From: an uncultured delta proteobacterium
GTDB lineage: Bacteria; Desulfobacterota; Binatia; HRBIN30; BPIQ01
NCBI GenBank assembly: GCA_963761335.1
Contig: CAVXGR010000005.1
Span: 256,001 to 320,000, forward strand
Length of the DNA: 64,000 nt
Direction: 5' to 3'
The translations under genes and the position numbers were made by a program. Below the pieces are notes generated by a model, which made no database searches, was not told the origin of the DNA, and saw only the letters and a list, made by a program, of their open reading frames with translations. Shown here piece by piece: positions 30,444 through 39,565 of the stretch (the stretch's first letter is position 1; each line of letters starts with the position of its first letter).

Positions 30444-31871
30444 TCAGCCCCAGATGGGCGGGCGGCGGTCGCGCCAGGGGCGGGCCTCTTCGAGCTGCGC
30501 CGCCAGGCGGAAGAGCGTCGCCTCGTCGCCGAAGCGGCCGGTGAACATGAGGCCGACGGGAAGGCCGTCGGCGGTCCAGTGCAACGGCAGCGAGATCGCC
30601 GGCTGGCCGGTGGCGTTCTGCATCGGCGTGAAGGGCACGTACTCCATCACCGGGGCCATCGCCTTCATCGGGTCCTTCTCCTGGATGTCGATCGTGCCGA
30701 GGCGAATCGGCGGCGATGCCAGCGTCGGCGTCAGCCAGCAGTCATAGGTCTGGTGGAAGCGCGCGATCTGGCGCGAGGCCATCTGCAGCATCGCCATCGA
30801 AAGATGATACTGGCTCGCGGGCACCTGCTTCCCCTGCTGATAGAGGGCCCAGGTGAGCCCCTCGAAGTCCCCTTCGCTCGGCGTGCGGCCGTTCATGAGA
30901 CCGAAGCCCTCGATCATCGCGGCGTGAGCCGAGAGGAAGACGGAGAGGAAGGCGCCGCTGAGCATGCCGACGTCGACCGGCGGAGACGACTCCTCGAGCG
31001 TGTGTCCCAGCTCCTCGAGCAGCTTGGCGGTCGACTCCACGGCGGCGACGCACTCCGGGTGCAGGGCCGCGCCACTCGGTGATCGCGTCGCGAAGGCGAT
31101 GCGCAGGCGGCCGGGCGGCGTTCCGGTCTCCTCGAGGAACGGCCGCTTCACCGGCGGCGCCCAGTACGGATCGCCGGGCTCGGGGCCGTGGGTGCAGTCG
31201 AGGGCGGCGGCGCTGTCGCGAACCGTGCGGCTGACGACACCCTCGACGACAATGCCGCCGGCGAAGTCGCCGATGTCCGGCCCCATCGGGTTGCGGGCCC
31301 GCGTCGGCTTGAGACCGACGAGACCGCAGCACGATGCCGGAATGCGAATCGAGCCGCCGCCGTCATTGGCGTGCGCCAGCGGGACGATCCCCGCAGCCAC
31401 GGCGGCGGCGGAGCCGCCACTGGATCCGCCGGTCGAGTGATCGGGGTTCCACGGATTGCGTGCCGGCCCGTAGAGCGCCGACTCGGTGGTCGGCAGGATG
31501 CCGCATTCGGGCGCGTTGGTCTTGCCCAGCGGAATTAGGCCCGCCGCCTTGAAGCGCACCACCAGCGTATCGTCGCGGTGCGCCGGCACTCCCACCATGA
31601 AGCGGCAGGCCGACGCCGTCGGCACGCCCTCGAGGTTGCCGAGGATGTCCTTGAGGAGAAACGGCACACCGCCGAAGGCGCCGTTCGCCGGTTGCGCCGC
31701 GGCGCTGCGGGCGCGGTCGTAGATCTTGTAGACGACCGCGTTCAGCTGCGGGTTGTGTCGCTCGATGCGCGCAATCGCCTCATCGACGAGCTCGGCAGGA
31801 GTGACCTCGCCGCGGCGCACGAGATCCGCGAGGCCGAGGCCGTCATGGGCGGCATATTCGGAAAAGGACAT
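30444..31871 (-). CDS. Amidase signature family enzyme
   Basis: [46 protein letters not shown]. Confidence 0.93.
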   Translation of the reverse strand: MSFSEYAAHDGLGLADLVRRGEVTPAELVDEAIARIERHNPQLNAVVYKIYDRARSAAAQPANGAFGGVPFLLKDILGNLEGVPTASACRFMVGVPAHRDDTLVVRFKAAGLIPLGKTNAPECGILPTTESALYGPARNPWNPDHSTGGSSGGSAAAVAAGIVPLAHANDGGGSIRIPASCCGLVGLKPTRARNPMGPDIGDFAGGIVVEGVVSRTVRDSAAALDCTHGPEPGDPYWAPPVKRPFLEETGTPPGRLRIAFATRSPSGAALHPECVAAVESTAKLLEELGHTLEESSPPVDVGMLSGAFLSVFLSAHAAMIEGFGLMNGRTPSEGDFEGLTWALYQQGKQVPASQYHLSMAMLQMASRQIARFHQTYDCWLTPTLASPPIRLGTIDIQEKDPMKAMAPVMEYVPFTPMQNATGQPAISLPLHWTADGLPVGLMFTGRFGDEATLFRLAAQLEEARPWRDRRPPIWG

Positions 31872-31987
31872 GCGCGCACGATTAGCGCCGCGGCCGCCGC
31901 GGTTCAATGGCGGAGGAGAGCCGAGGGGGACTGGCTCCTCTTCGGCTCGAGTGGCGCACTTCGAACGGCGTGTCGCTCGCCGCCGAA

Positions 31988-32034
31988 GAGGTGCCTGTCC
32001 CCCACCGCCGCGCGCCGCTGGGGACAGGCAACTC
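31988..32034. repeat. TGCCTGTCCCC / GGGGACAGGCA inverted repeat; a half-copy lies at 30424-30437
   Basis: gaggtgcctgtcccc...ggggacaggcaactc hairpin; agttgcctgtcccc downstream of the amidase. Confidence 0.7.
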
Positions 32035-32076
32035 TTGCCGTCGGAGGGCGGCAGTTTTCCCGTTTGGTGGTGGCCG

Positions 32077-32308
32077 GCAAAGTAGCCTGCTTCGAAAATC
32101 TGTTGGGTGAAGGTCTGGCGGAGTCCCGGCGCTGGGTGGAGGCTTATCGCCCCGGAGGGGCGTAGGCATGTAGCCCCGGGTGTCAACCCGGGGACTGCGG
32201 TTCCGATTGGCCCAGATCAGCGCGCCGGAGGGGCGCAGGAGTAGAGGCCGCGTGAATCACGTCGATGAGCTTCCCACGCACCCAGCGGTGATCATCGGCG
32301 TACAGGCG
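32077..32308 (+). mobile_element. Palindromic element copy C (left half only)
   Basis: Matches 9296-9516; ends at the psd stop codon. Confidence 0.8.
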
Positions 32309-32309
32309 A

Positions 32310-33263
32310 TCATTGCGCACCTCCACCGGGGATCGCCCGGATCGCGAGCGGCGAGCGGACGCGCACGTCCGTCTCGACCAGGGGTTGGCCAAATCCGCGG
32401 GTGTAGCGGCTCTGGGCTTCGGGGCGCGACAGGTTGCGCACCAGCCGCAGCGGCTGCGGGTCGTCGTAGCGCCGGGCGCTGTAGCACTGCTCGATGTCGC
32501 CGATCATCAGGGCGACGACCTCGATCATCGCCACCAGGCCGACGCCGCTGCCGCCCGCCACGTCCGTCTGCACCACCGTGACCACGCGCTTGTTCTTGGA
32601 CAGCGGCGTCACCAGGTCGACCAGCGCCCCGGGATTGCAGGCGTGATAGAGGCCGGGAATCTCATAGAAGTCGACGACCTCGCCGGCGACCGGGGTGTGG
32701 TTGTAGTGGTACTGATCCGGCGTCAGGCGGAGAACGGAGAAGGCGCCGGTGCCGAATGCCTCCAGCCACCGCGGCTTGTTGGCCCCGAGCAGCTCGCGGA
32801 GATCGAAGAACTTGTCCTTGAGAAAGAGCGGATTGCCCGCTTCGAGCGAGCCGACCACGGCGCGCGCGTCCGCGGGGGAGACCACCGCAGCTGTGGGCGC
32901 GCGCATCGGCCGGCACTCCCAGTAGCGGATCTTGCGCTCGAAGATCTTGCGGGGGGTATCGAAGCTCTCGGTCGGATCGAGACAGTCGTCGAGGTCGACG
33001 CCGCAGGAGCGCAGAAAGCGCCGGTGCCCGATCAGCCGGGGGGCGAGCGGCAGGTCGAAGTTGACGAAGGCGAGCATCTTCGAGGTCCAGGCGCTGCTCA
33101 GCGCCCGGTAGAGAGGCCCGCTCTGCTCGCGTGCCCGGGAATAGAGGAAGTTCAGGATCCAGTCGCCGAGAAGCGTCTCGGTGACCACCCGTCCATCGCC
33201 GCGGCGCACGTACTGGTGGATCGTCGGCGCCGCCGGGCGCGGCTCATTTTCGACTCGGTACAC
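32310..33263 (-). pseudogene. psd: Phosphatidylserine decarboxylase family gene lacking the GS(S/T) autoproteolysis motif
   Basis: VVSPAD, RLTPDQYHYNHTPVAG, NKR and MIEVVALMIG are present, but no GSS/GST appears in the C-terminal part. Confidence 0.65.
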
Positions 33264-33476
33264 TCGCGTGTCTGCGCATCGTGCCCCGTATGATAGCCGC
33301 GTAGTGTTATCGGATGTTTACGGGAATCTAAATTTCCGGTTACGAATGCGAGAGCGGCCCGCCTGACCGTGCACCCCTAGGAGGGCGCCCGAGCGGCCCG
33401 TCCGGGGAGCGGGTGGCTGGCCGCGGCCCCGGCGTCCTCCTTGCGCCTCGCCAACGGCCGGTGAATCATCGGCCCG

Positions 33477-34754
33477 ATGAGCAGCGAGACGGCCCCGCCC
33501 GCGGCGCCCCCGCGGCGCCTGCGCCTGCCGCGGCTGGCTCTTCCCTTCGACGCGCGCTTGCTCGCCGTCGTCTGCCTGGTCGGAATTCTCGCGGGGTTGC
33601 TGGCGTCGCTGTACTTCTTCGCACTGGACGCCATGCTCCGCCTTTCTACTCGCCTGGGCTCCGCTGTTCCGGTGTGGGCGCTGATGCCGGCGGCGGGCGT
33701 CCTCGTCGGCCTGGGATGGCTGCTCGGCGAGCCGGGCGAAACGGACGCCGTGGTCGACAACATTCACGTTGCCAACGGCCGCATCGACACCAGGGCCAAC
33801 CTGCCGCTGGTTCCCGTCTCGCTGCTGTCGATCGCCGCCGGCGGCAGCGCCGGTCCCGAGGCGCCGATGGTGTATCTCACCGGCAGCGTCGGCACCTGGC
33901 TGCATCGCTGGCTGAAGCTGCCGGAGAGCTGGGTGCGCACCCTCACGCTCACCGGCATGGGCGTCGGCTTTGCGACTCTCTTCGGCGCCCCGATCGGTGC
34001 GGCGCTCTTCGCCCTGGAGATCCCGCACAAGCGCGGCATGGAGTACTACGAGGCGACCATCCCCTCGATGATCGGCTGCCTGGTGGGCTACGCGGTCTAT
34101 GCGCACGTCACTCACCACGGCCTCGGCCCGGCGTGGCACTTCCCAGCCTACCGCCTGTCGGATCCCTTCGATCTCCTGCGGGCGGCGGGCGTAGGGCTGG
34201 TCGCGGCGCTGGCGGCGTTTCCGTATGTCTGGATGATTCGCGGCGCCAAGCGCGCCGGCGAGCGCCTGCGCCTTCCCATGTTCGTCAAGGCGGCGGCGGG
34301 GGGTGCCGTTCTCGGGCTCTTCGCCTGGGGTCTTCCGGCGACGCGTTTCTGGGGAGAGTCGCAGCTGCAGACGTTCCTGCTGGACGCCTCTCCCGGAATT
34401 GCCCTTCTCCTCGTCCTCGCCGCCGCGAAGATGGTGACCGTATCGGTGACCCTGGCGTCGGGTTGGCGTGGCGGCATCATCATTCCGTGCTTCTTCATCG
34501 GCGCGGCCGTCGGCAAGGCGGTGGCTCTTGCAGTTCCCGGGCTCGATCCCACCCTGGCGATGCTGGCAGGGATGGCGGGAGTGAACGTCTCGGTGATGAA
34601 GGTGCCGCTGGCCACCGTCCTCGTGGTTGCCGGCATGAGCGGCATCGCCTCCCTGCCGGTGATCGGCGCTGCCAGCTTCACAGCCTTCGCCGTCGGCGGC
34701 GGCATCGAGTTTCTGGAATCGAAGCGCAGCCGGGCCGAGATCGATCTTCCGTAA
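33477..34754 (+). CDS. ClC-family chloride channel/transporter-like protein
   Basis: GGSAGPEAP, FGAPIGAALFALE, GWRGGIIIP; multiple TM segments. Confidence 0.85.
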   Translation: MSSETAPPAAPPRRLRLPRLALPFDARLLAVVCLVGILAGLLASLYFFALDAMLRLSTRLGSAVPVWALMPAAGVLVGLGWLLGEPGETDAVVDNIHVANGRIDTRANLPLVPVSLLSIAAGGSAGPEAPMVYLTGSVGTWLHRWLKLPESWVRTLTLTGMGVGFATLFGAPIGAALFALEIPHKRGMEYYEATIPSMIGCLVGYAVYAHVTHHGLGPAWHFPAYRLSDPFDLLRAAGVGLVAALAAFPYVWMIRGAKRAGERLRLPMFVKAAAGGAVLGLFAWGLPATRFWGESQLQTFLLDASPGIALLLVLAAAKMVTVSVTLASGWRGGIIIPCFFIGAAVGKAVALAVPGLDPTLAMLAGMAGVNVSVMKVPLATVLVVAGMSGIASLPVIGAASFTAFAVGGGIEFLESKRSRAEIDLP

Positions 34755-34762
34755 CCCCGGCT

Positions 34763-35740
34763 TCACCCTCCCCGGACGATTCCGGCGGCGGCGCGCAGCA
34801 GCTCCTCGGCGCCTTCGGCCAGCTCGCGCACGATCTCGGCCGCCGGCTGGATGCGCTCGACGCGGCCGACCGTCTGGCCGGCGTAGAGGGCCATGGCCTC
34901 GATGGTGCCGGTGGTGCCGCGGATCGGCGCCGGCACGGCGCGGGGCGGCAGTGGAAAGACGACGTCGCCGAGAGGAAGCTCGGCGACGATGTCGCCCTCG
35001 AAGGCGCGCGCCGCCTCGATGCTCGAGCGCAGAACTCGATGGGGCGCATTCGGCCACATGACCGAGAAGGTCTCGGTGAGCTCGGTGTCGCCGGCGCCGG
35101 CGCCGAGCAGGGCGTCGACGTAGCCGGGATGGATGTTGCATTCCGGCGTGGCGAGAAAGCGGGTGCCGACGCGTGCCGCCGCGGCTCCGGCGGCGAGCAC
35201 CGCCGCCATGGCACGGGCGCTGCCGATGCCGCCGCCGGCGATCACCGGCACCTCGACGGCGTCGAGCACATCGGCGAGCAGCGGCAGCACGCCGATGCGG
35301 CCGCGAACGTGGCCGCCCGCCTCGACGCCCTGGGCGACGACGAGGTCGCATCCGGCGCGAGCCGCAGCGACCGCCTCCTCGACCGAGCCGACCTGCCAGG
35401 CGGCGAGAGCCCCACCGGCGTGGACGAGATCGACGAGCGACGGGTCGGGGTCGGCGTAGAAGAACTCGACCAGGCGGCAGCGCGATGCCGCCGCCTCGAC
35501 CGCATCTCTCTCCAGGAACGGCATGAGGAAGTTCACCCCGAAGGCGCCGGCGGTGCGGCTGGCGGCGTCCTCGAGCATCTGCGCCATTCTGATCGCCGGC
35601 ACCCGGGCGCCGCCGATCATCCCCAGGGCCCCGGCCTCGGCAACCGCGACCGCGAGATCGGCGGTGGCCACGCCACCCATTCCGGCCTGCTGCAGCGGCA
35701 CGCCGCAGCCGATCCTTTCCGTGAAGCTCGTTGTCAGCAC
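34763..35740 (-). CDS. Nitronate monooxygenase / FabK-like flavoprotein
   Basis: QAGMGG, AQGVEAGGH, PVIAGGGI, VGTRFLATPE, YAGQ. Confidence 0.9.
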   Translation of the reverse strand: MLTTSFTERIGCGVPLQQAGMGGVATADLAVAVAEAGALGMIGGARVPAIRMAQMLEDAASRTAGAFGVNFLMPFLERDAVEAAASRCRLVEFFYADPDPSLVDLVHAGGALAAWQVGSVEEAVAAARAGCDLVVAQGVEAGGHVRGRIGVLPLLADVLDAVEVPVIAGGGIGSARAMAAVLAAGAAAARVGTRFLATPECNIHPGYVDALLGAGAGDTELTETFSVMWPNAPHRVLRSSIEAARAFEGDIVAELPLGDVVFPLPPRAVPAPIRGTTGTIEAMALYAGQTVGRVERIQPAAEIVRELAEGAEELLRAAAGIVRGG

Positions 35741-35790
35741 TGTTCCCCCTCTCTCGCCGGAAGATTACTCAGACGCCACGCGGCTGCAAG

Positions 35791-35813
35791 GTAGAAGCGG
35801 CGTCTCGCCGCTT
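35791..35813 (+). repeat. GTAG-type REP half unit
   Basis: GTAGAAGCGGCGTCTCGCCGCTT, identical to 55792-55814. Confidence 0.8.
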
Positions 35814-35920
35814 CCGTGGGGGCAGGGACGTTTCGCTGTGACCGCTTCGCCGCAGGTTCGTTCAAGCGCGACGATGAATGGCGCAGGTCAGGTGCCCCCT
35901 TTCATGTCGGAAGAAAAGCT

Positions 35921-36274
35921 TCAGAACAGATCCAGGAATTCCGCCAGTGCGCGCCGCATCTCGTCGCGCAGCCCTTCGGGGATGGGGCCGAGGTCCCGAC
36001 GGAACAGGTCGTTGTCCCAAGCCAGGATCTGGTCGACGAGCACGTCGCTGTCTCGCGTCAGTCCACAGACGCCGGCGGGTATGCGCACGCGCAGCGGAAA
36101 TGCGTCGCCTACGACCTTGGTCGTGAGCGGCAGCACCACGGTGCTCGGTAGCCCCGCCTCGGCGAACTCCGTCGGCTGGATCGCCAGGCAGGGGCGCTGC
36201 TTGCCCGGCTTCGTCCCCACGCGGGGATCGAGCGCGACAACGTAGATGTGCCAGCGCTGCGGAACTGGTGTCAT
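35921..36274 (-). CDS. PemK/MazF-family toxin
   Basis: LDPRVGTKPGKQRPCLAIQ, VVLPLTT, DSDVLVDQI. Confidence 0.9.
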   Translation of the reverse strand: MTPVPQRWHIYVVALDPRVGTKPGKQRPCLAIQPTEFAEAGLPSTVVLPLTTKVVGDAFPLRVRIPAGVCGLTRDSDVLVDQILAWDNDLFRRDLGPIPEGLRDEMRRALAEFLDLF

Positions 36275-36513
36275 CACTCCAGCCGGCGCAAGCGGCTGTG
36301 GGCGCGGAAGTCTCGAAGCGCCGCACGACTTTCGCCGGCAACCAGGCCCACGGCCCTGCGCCATCTCGCCACTCGGTCGGCGCGCTCGGCATCGCGCTCG
36401 AGCAAATCGAGCGCCGAGCGCACGACGTCGATTTTCGTTCGCGCTCCCAACCGCCTCTTCAGCGTCTCGATCCGCTCGGCATCGGCGTCCTGCAGCATGA
36501 GAGGTCTCCCCAT
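36274..36513 (-). CDS. Putative antitoxin (RHH-like)
   Basis: 79-aa ORF whose stop overlaps the toxin start; KIDVVRSALDLL helix pattern. Confidence 0.7.
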   Translation of the reverse strand: MGRPLMLQDADAERIETLKRRLGARTKIDVVRSALDLLERDAERADRVARWRRAVGLVAGESRAALRDFRAHSRLRRLE

Positions 36514-36660
36514 CGGTATCTACACCTCGATTGATATACGGATATATCAACAGCTATATTCGACGGACGCCAGTCGCGCAACCGAGTAGCGTCCTGCGTT
36601 GCCGAATGCGCGCCGTGACATCGATGATCGGTTGGCCTTTGCGGCGCCAGCGCCATCCGT

Positions 36661-38229
36661 TCAGTGCAGCAGCGCAACGGTGCCCTCACGGACCCAGCTG
36701 GACGAGATACTCCAGCGCTTCAGGGGCGGCCGGCCGATCTCCTCGTCGCTCAGCGGGCGCGGCGCACTGACCAGGTAGTACGAGTAGGGGCCGCACGGCG
36801 GACCGGCGTCGTACCAGAGGAAGTTGATCTCTGCGAGGTTGCGGGCCAACCAACCACTGCCCTCGAAGCGGCGCAGCAGCCAGCCGGCCTCGCGCCGACA
36901 GCTGAAGGCTTCCATCAGCTGTCGCTGCGAATAGAACGCCATGGTCCCGATCTCGCCCTGGAGCTTGATCCTCTCGCCGGGGCCGAGGTGATCGCGCAGC
37001 CAGAGGGCGATCTCTTCGTACTGGTCGCGCGTTGCCCAGTTGGTGTGGATCGGCGCCTCGGTGGGAGGAAAGCTGTCGGCCCGCAGGAAGAATACACACA
37101 CACCAACGACGGCGAGCAGCGGAACCACGCAGAGCGCCGCTCGCGCCACCGGAGCTCGCGCACGGGAGTATGCCGCCGCCAGTCCGAAGCTGCCCATCAG
37201 GGCGCCGCTGGCGGCCAGGGGCGCGAAGTACCAGTGGTATGGCCCGACCTCCATCAGCGCGTAGGCGGCGTAGTACGCTGCCGCAAACCACGCCAGCACC
37301 CGCAGGATACGCGCCCCCTCTCGGTTTCGATTGAGCACGGCAAGGGGAACGAACGGCACGAGGGCAAATGAAGACAGAGTCTGCAACGGGTAGCGCCTCA
37401 GGTACAGGCCGAGACCGGAGGCGAAACCGTACCTGCCCCAGGGATTGGCGACCTTGAGAAAGAAGGTGTCGGGCAGCGCCGAGCCCAGATACACCCACGA
37501 GAACACGTACCAGGGCAGCAGGCAGAGGAGATAGACGGCGGTGAACCGCGCCCGCAGCCGCCATCGACCCGAGGCTTCAAGCGCTCGTCGGCCCTGGGCG
37601 GCCTTCGTACCGTCCCCGGCCGGGTCGATGAAGAACACCATTACGGCGAAGAGCACCGCGCCATCCGGACGCGCCAGGGTCAGCAACGCCAGCACGACGG
37701 CCAAGACGAGCCAGCGCCGGAAGACCAGCAGGCACAGACTGGTGACCAGCAATACCGTATACAGCATCGTCTCGAGGCCGAGGCTCGACAGCAGCAGCGG
37801 ATTCGCCGCAATACCGACGAACGCGACTGCCGCCCAGTACTCGCCCCCGAAGAGTCGGCGCGACAGCACCGCCAGCACCACGGCGAGGGCGGCGTACTCG
37901 GCCGCCGCCAGCCAGATGGCGGCGTCGACCATGTCGGAGGTGAACAGGCCGACGAATGCCGTCAGCCACACGTCGAGCGGCGAGGTTGCCGTGTTGGTGA
38001 TTCGATCGGCGAAGAAGCCCCAATGGCCGTGATGGCGCAGGGTCGCGGCGTACTGCAGGGTGATGAATGCGTCGTCGATCAACGATCGCTTGAAGCAGGA
38101 GAGGGAGAGATAAAAGAGAGGAACGAGCACGACCGCGGCGCCAATCAGCATCCGATGCGCGCCGGCCGCCGATGGCGTCGACTCCGCAGATGGGCGCGCC
38201 ACCGCGGCCCTCCGGGACTTGTTGGCCAT
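36661..38229 (-). CDS. Polytopic membrane protein, GT-C glycosyltransferase-like (AftB-like)
   Basis: IDDAFITLQYA, TATSPL, GLETMLY, LARPDG, PDTFFLK; many TM helices. Confidence 0.75.
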   Translation of the reverse strand: MANKSRRAAVARPSAESTPSAAGAHRMLIGAAVVLVPLFYLSLSCFKRSLIDDAFITLQYAATLRHHGHWGFFADRITNTATSPLDVWLTAFVGLFTSDMVDAAIWLAAAEYAALAVVLAVLSRRLFGGEYWAAVAFVGIAANPLLLSSLGLETMLYTVLLVTSLCLLVFRRWLVLAVVLALLTLARPDGAVLFAVMVFFIDPAGDGTKAAQGRRALEASGRWRLRARFTAVYLLCLLPWYVFSWVYLGSALPDTFFLKVANPWGRYGFASGLGLYLRRYPLQTLSSFALVPFVPLAVLNRNREGARILRVLAWFAAAYYAAYALMEVGPYHWYFAPLAASGALMGSFGLAAAYSRARAPVARAALCVVPLLAVVGVCVFFLRADSFPPTEAPIHTNWATRDQYEEIALWLRDHLGPGERIKLQGEIGTMAFYSQRQLMEAFSCRREAGWLLRRFEGSGWLARNLAEINFLWYDAGPPCGPYSYYLVSAPRPLSDEEIGRPPLKRWSISSSWVREGTVALLH

Positions 38230-38358
38230 GTTCCTCTCCCGCCCTTCTCCCTCTCGATGCCGAGGCCGGCGGATTCTAGCGCGGCGAAGCAATGGCGGCC
38301 AAGCTGGCCGCGGCCGCAGGGCTGGACAGCTCGACCCGCGCGGGAGTAGTGGTCGGCG

Positions 38359-39501
38359 ATGAGTCTCACCATCCACGGCGAGTGCGAGCCGCGGTTTGGC
38401 GGTGTGCGCGACGCCTTTGCCGCCAACTTCGAGGCCGGGCGGGAGGTCGGGGCGTCGTTCGCGGCGACCATCGACGGTGCGCTCGTCGTCGATCTCTGGG
38501 GCGGCTGGGCGGACGCGGCGCGCCGGCGCGCCTGGGAGCGCGACACCATCGTCAACGTCTTCTCGACCACCAAGGCGATGACGGCCATCTGCGCCCACCT
38601 GCTCGCCGATCGCGACCAGCTCGACTTCGATGCGCCGGTGTCGCGCTACTGGCCCGAGTTCGCGCAGGCGGGGAAGGGCGAGATGCCGGTGCGCTACCTT
38701 CTCAGTCATCAGGCCGGGCTCGCCGCCATCCGCGAGCCGCTGCCGATCGAGGCGCTCTACGACTGGGAGCGGATGACGGCGGTGCTGGCGGCGGAGGCGC
38801 CGTGGTGGAAGCCCGGCAGCGCCAACGGCTATCACGCGGTGACCTACGGCTATCTGGTCGGAGAGCTGGTGCGCCGCATCAGCGGCCGCAGCCTGGGCGT
38901 CTTCTTTCGCGACGAGGTGGCGCGACCGCTCGGCATCGATTTCCACATCGGGCTCGCCGCAGATGAGGAGGCGCGCGCCGCCGAAATGGTGCCGCCGACG
39001 GCGGCGGAAAACGCCGCCGCCGGCGCCGCCATCGATCCCGAATCGATGCTGGGGAAGGTGATGGGCAATCCGCCGCTGGCAGCGGAGGTGGCGAACACGA
39101 CCGCCTGGCGCACCGCCGAGATCCCGGCGGCCAACGGCCACGGCAACGCGCGCTCGGTGGCGCGCGCCCTGGCAGCGCTCGCCTGCGGCGGTCGCCTCGA
39201 CGGCGTGTCCCTGCTGCGTTCCGAGAGCATCGAGCGCGCCATCGAGGAGCAGTGCTACGGAACCGACCTCGTCCTCGGCATTCCGATGCGCTGGGGCCTC
39301 GGCTTCATGATGACCAGTGCCGATCTGCCGTTCGGTCCGAACCCGCGTACCTTCGGCCACGGCGGCTGGGGAGGCTCGCTCGGCATCGCCGACATGGACG
39401 CCCGCGTCAGCTGGGCCTACGTGATGAACAAGATGTCGCCGGGAACCACCGGCGACACGCGCGCCGCGGGCCTGTTGATGGCGCTGTACGCGGGGTTGTA
39501 G
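38359..39501 (+). CDS. Serine hydrolase, beta-lactamase fold (EstA-like esterase)
   Basis: SxxK motif FSTTK, YWPEF, LLSHQAG, GYHA, FGHGGWGG. Confidence 0.92.
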   Translation: MSLTIHGECEPRFGGVRDAFAANFEAGREVGASFAATIDGALVVDLWGGWADAARRRAWERDTIVNVFSTTKAMTAICAHLLADRDQLDFDAPVSRYWPEFAQAGKGEMPVRYLLSHQAGLAAIREPLPIEALYDWERMTAVLAAEAPWWKPGSANGYHAVTYGYLVGELVRRISGRSLGVFFRDEVARPLGIDFHIGLAADEEARAAEMVPPTAAENAAAGAAIDPESMLGKVMGNPPLAAEVANTTAWRTAEIPAANGHGNARSVARALAALACGGRLDGVSLLRSESIERAIEEQCYGTDLVLGIPMRWGLGFMMTSADLPFGPNPRTFGHGGWGGSLGIADMDARVSWAYVMNKMSPGTTGDTRAAGLLMALYAGL

Positions 39502-39560
39502 TGGGAGCGCGGCCATCTTGGCCGCCTCTGCTGTAATCCATGCGGCTGGGACGGCCCACC
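39502..39560. repeat. GGGAGCGCGGCC-type REP-like palindrome between convergent genes
   Basis: TGGGAGCGCGGCCATCTTGGCCGC plus a degenerate inverted half. Confidence 0.7.
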
Positions 39561-39565
39561 CCAGC

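Noticed and set aside
33264..33476. Fluoride riboswitch / CLC-F exporter
   Set aside because: No crcB-type motif seen upstream, and the protein lacks the GREGT and GEVTP CLC-F signatures.
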